Translations under genes and position numbers: made by a program
Notes under the pieces: generated by a model
Database searches by the model: none
The model's input: only the letters and a program-made list of their open reading frames with translations
Told to the model about the DNA's origin: nothing
DNA from: Tagaea sp.
Lineage (GTDB): Bacteria; Pseudomonadota; Alphaproteobacteria; CACIAM-22H2
Length of the DNA stretch: 64,000 nucleotides
Assembly: GCA_965279525.1 (NCBI GenBank)
Contig: CBDIIB010000005.1
Location: 704,001-768,000, forward strand
Direction: 5' to 3'
Shown here: positions 61,448 to 64,000 of the stretch, piece after piece
Layout of the letters: the number at the start of each line of letters is the position of its first letter
How positions within the stretch are numbered: position 1 is the stretch's first letter

Positions 61448-61714
61448 TCAGGCCTTGAGCGCCTTGATGCGCGCCGACAGGCGCGAGATCTTGCGCGACA
61501 CCGTGTTCTTGTGGACGATGCCGGTCTTCGCGGTGCGCATCAGGACCGGCTGTGCGGCCTTGAGGGCGGCGGCCGCGGCGGCCTTGTCGCCGGCGGCGAT
61601 CGCGTCTTCGACCTTGGTGACGGACGTGCGCATGCGCCCGATGCGCGTGCGGTTGACTTCCGTGCGGCGCAGCGTCTGGCGCGCGGCCTTCTTTGCGGAC
61701 TTGGTATTGGCCAT
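61448..61714 (-). CDS. rpsT: 30S ribosomal protein S20
   Basis: MANTKSAKK...[12 protein letters not shown]. Confidence 0.97.
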   Translation of the reverse strand: MANTKSAKKAARQTLRRTEVNRTRIGRMRTSVTKVEDAIAAGDKAAAAAALKAAQPVLMRTAKTGIVHKNTVSRKISRLSARIKALKA

Positions 61715-61825
61715 TGTCTTGTGTCTTCCGAAATGGGTTTTTCCAGGTCGCACGCCACGTGCGCACGACCTTGGGAAAGGCGGCGGGTTATAGCCCCGCC
61801 GACGGGGTCCGTCAACAGGCCCCGA

Positions 61826-62602
61826 TCAGCGGTTTTTCCAGCCCGGGGCGCGCTTCTCGACGAAGGCGGCCATGCCTTCTTTCTGGTCTTCGGTGGCGAA
61901 GGTGGAGTGGAACAGGCGGCGCTCGAAACGCACGCCTTCGGCAAGCGTGGTTTCGTACGCGCGGTTGACCGCTTCCTTGGCCATCATGACCATCGGACGG
62001 GACAGGCCCGCGATCTTCTCGGCCACCTTAAGTGCTTCGGGCAGCAGGTCGGCGGCGGGCACGACGCGGCTGACGAGCCCGGCGCGTTCGGCCTCGGCCG
62101 CGTCCATCATGCGCCCAGTGAGGCACATCTCCATCGCCTTGGACTTGCCCACGAAACGCGTCAGGCGCTGGGTCCCGCCCGACCCCGGGATCGTGCCGAT
62201 CGTGATCTCGGGCTGGCCGAACTTCGCGGTGTCGGCGGCGAGGATGAAGTCGCACATCATCGCGACCTCGCAGCCGCCGCCCAGCGCGAAGCCCGCGACC
62301 GCCGCGACGATGGGCTTGCGGCAGGTCGTCACCCGCTCCCAGCCGTCGGTGATGAAGTCGGCAAGGTAGACGTCCATATAGGTCTTGGACGCCATCTCCT
62401 TGATGTCGGCCCCGGCAGCGAAGGCACGCTCGGAACCGGTCAGCACGATGCAGCCGATATTGTCGTCCGCCTCGAAGGCGTCGAGCGCCTGGCCCAGCTC
62501 CTTGATGAGCGCGGCGCAAAGCGCATTGAGCGCCTTTGGCCGGTTCAGCGTGACGAGACCCACCTTGCCCTTGGTCTCGACGATGATGTTCTCGTAGGCC
62601 AT
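61826..62602 (-). CDS. Enoyl-CoA hydratase
   Basis: [23 protein letters not shown] and GQPE motifs. Confidence 0.95.
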   Translation of the reverse strand: MAYENIIVETKGKVGLVTLNRPKALNALCAALIKELGQALDAFEADDNIGCIVLTGSERAFAAGADIKEMASKTYMDVYLADFITDGWERVTTCRKPIVAAVAGFALGGGCEVAMMCDFILAADTAKFGQPEITIGTIPGSGGTQRLTRFVGKSKAMEMCLTGRMMDAAEAERAGLVSRVVPAADLLPEALKVAEKIAGLSRPMVMMAKEAVNRAYETTLAEGVRFERRLFHSTFATEDQKEGMAAFVEKRAPGWKNR

Positions 62603-62613
62603 CGCGGCAATCC

Positions 62614-62964
62614 TCACTCGGGTGACAGGAAGAAGCGCACCTGCGTGCGGCCCGCGGGTGCGGGCGGAAACTCGATGACGAGGCGCTCGCCCTCGCGCGC
62701 ATAGCGGCCCGTCCCGTCGGCGCGCCAGCCCAGCTGCGGCAGCGTGCCGGCATAGAAAGCGAGGATGGCGGCGCGCGTGGCCGTGCCCTCGGCCAGCGCA
62801 TCCACGACGCGGCCCTGGGGCGCGTCGAACACCGTGGGTTCGCCGGCGGCGACCAGGCCTGCCATCAATGGCAGGTCGTCGATGCCGTCGACGAAGCCGT
62901 CGGCCGCACGCGGGGCGGCGGCGAACATGAGGCAGAACAGGGCGATCAGGGCCGTGCGGCGCAT
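62614..62964 (-). CDS. Secreted hypothetical protein
   Basis: Signal peptide [10 protein letters not shown], then DLPLMAGL and [11 protein letters not shown]; 116 aa in the mutM operon. Confidence 0.75.
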   Translation of the reverse strand: MRRTALIALFCLMFAAAPRAADGFVDGIDDLPLMAGLVAAGEPTVFDAPQGRVVDALAEGTATRAAILAFYAGTLPQLGWRADGTGRYAREGERLVIEFPPAPAGRTQVRFFLSPE

Positions 62965-62978
62965 GTCGACTGTCTTAC

Positions 62979-63809
62979 TCAGCGCTGGCAGCGCGGACAA
63001 TAGAAAGTCGAACGGCCGGACTGCACGATGCGCTTGACACCCTTGCCGCCGCCGCAGCCCGGACAGGGTTCGCCCTCGCGGTCGTAGACGCGCCACTGGT
63101 GCTGGAACCAGCCAAGCTCGCCCGACGCCTGCACATAGTCGCGCGCCGACGAGCCGCCGGCCTTGATCGCATCGCCCAGCGTCGCCTTGATCGCCTTCAG
63201 CAACGCCGCGGCCTTTTCGCCCTTTACCGTGCCCGCCTTGCGCAGCGGGCTGAGGCCGCAGCGGAACAGCGCCTCGCACACATATATGTTGCCCAACCCC
63301 GCGACATTGCGCTGGTCGAGCAACGCGGCTTTCAGCGGCGCCTTCGAGCCGTCCAGCGCACGCACCAGGGCCGCCGCGTCGAACGCCGGATCGAGCGGCT
63401 CGGGCCCCAGATCGGCAAAGCGCCTGTCTACGGCCAGCGACGCCGTATCGACCAGATCGATCACGCCGAAGCGGCGCGGATCGGTGAAGCGGATCGTCGC
63501 CCCTTCGTCGGTGCGCAGTTCGACATGGTCGTGCGGACCCGGCCTGTCCGGTCTGCCGTCGAGCAGCACGAGCCGGCCCGACATGCCCAGATGCACGAGC
63601 AGCGTCGCCTCGCGGTCGAGCGCCATCAGGATCCACTTGGCGCGCCGCTCGACCTTCACGACGCGTGCACCCGTCGCGCGCTGGACGAAGTCGGGCGGGA
63701 TCGGCGTGCGGATGTCGGGGCGCCTTTGCACCACGGAAGCCAGACGGCGGCCTTCCAGATGGGGCTTCAGGCCGCGCACGACGGTTTCGACTTCAGGGAG
63801 TTCAGGCAT
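62979..63809 (-). CDS. mutM: Formamidopyrimidine-DNA glycosylase
   Basis: [20 protein letters not shown] and a C-terminal zinc finger. Confidence 0.98.
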   Translation of the reverse strand: MPELPEVETVVRGLKPHLEGRRLASVVQRRPDIRTPIPPDFVQRATGARVVKVERRAKWILMALDREATLLVHLGMSGRLVLLDGRPDRPGPHDHVELRTDEGATIRFTDPRRFGVIDLVDTASLAVDRRFADLGPEPLDPAFDAAALVRALDGSKAPLKAALLDQRNVAGLGNIYVCEALFRCGLSPLRKAGTVKGEKAAALLKAIKATLGDAIKAGGSSARDYVQASGELGWFQHQWRVYDREGEPCPGCGGGKGVKRIVQSGRSTFYCPRCQR

Positions 63810-63873
63810 GGGACCCGACCCTGCCCCATGCGCCCTCCCCTTTTCCAGTGGTGCTTGCTATGGTGCCGGCCTG

Positions 63874-64000
63874 ATGACGCAAGCGACTGACGACACGACC
63901 CATTTCGGGTTCCGCGACGTGCCCGTGGCGGCCAAGGCCGGCCTCGTGCGCGAGGTCTTCGATTCCGTCGCGGGTCGCTACGACCTGATGAACGACCTGA
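63874..64000 (+). CDS. ubiE: Ubiquinone/menaquinone methyltransferase (partial)
   Basis: Manual translation [16 protein letters not shown]...[15 protein letters not shown]; divergent from mutM. Confidence 0.9.
   Translation, partial: MTQATDDTTHFGFRDVPVAAKAGLVREVFDSVAGRYDLMNDL

Overview
The window comes from a high-GC alphaproteobacterial chromosome (Rhodospirillales-like gene order, inferred). The right 11 kb (53.07-64 kb) is core genome: ubiE(partial)-mutM-hypothetical-enoyl-CoA hydratase-rpsT-rhodanese-dnaA-pcp-dnaN-recF-gyrB. Eight bp after the gyrB stop codon a lower-GC island begins at a TGT-type transposon end. It carries a complete Tn7-like core (tnsA-tnsB-tnsC-tniQ/tnsD) with no cas genes in the window, which points to the gyrB 3' end as its attachment site. 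Directly behind tniQ, and absent from the ORF track, is an irregular tRNA-like gene (anticodon UAU, long variable arm). It is followed on the same strand by an RloC-like ABC-ATPase/HEPN anticodon nuclease, then a HEPN-like orphan, an Hhe-type helicase-nuclease and a DUF4236 protein. The left 35 kb holds four regulator/transporter/enzyme catabolic clusters of unknown substrate, one with a P450-ferredoxin-reductase set. The far end of the element could not be identified with confidence. All protein calls rest on motif recognition by eye; no searches were run.
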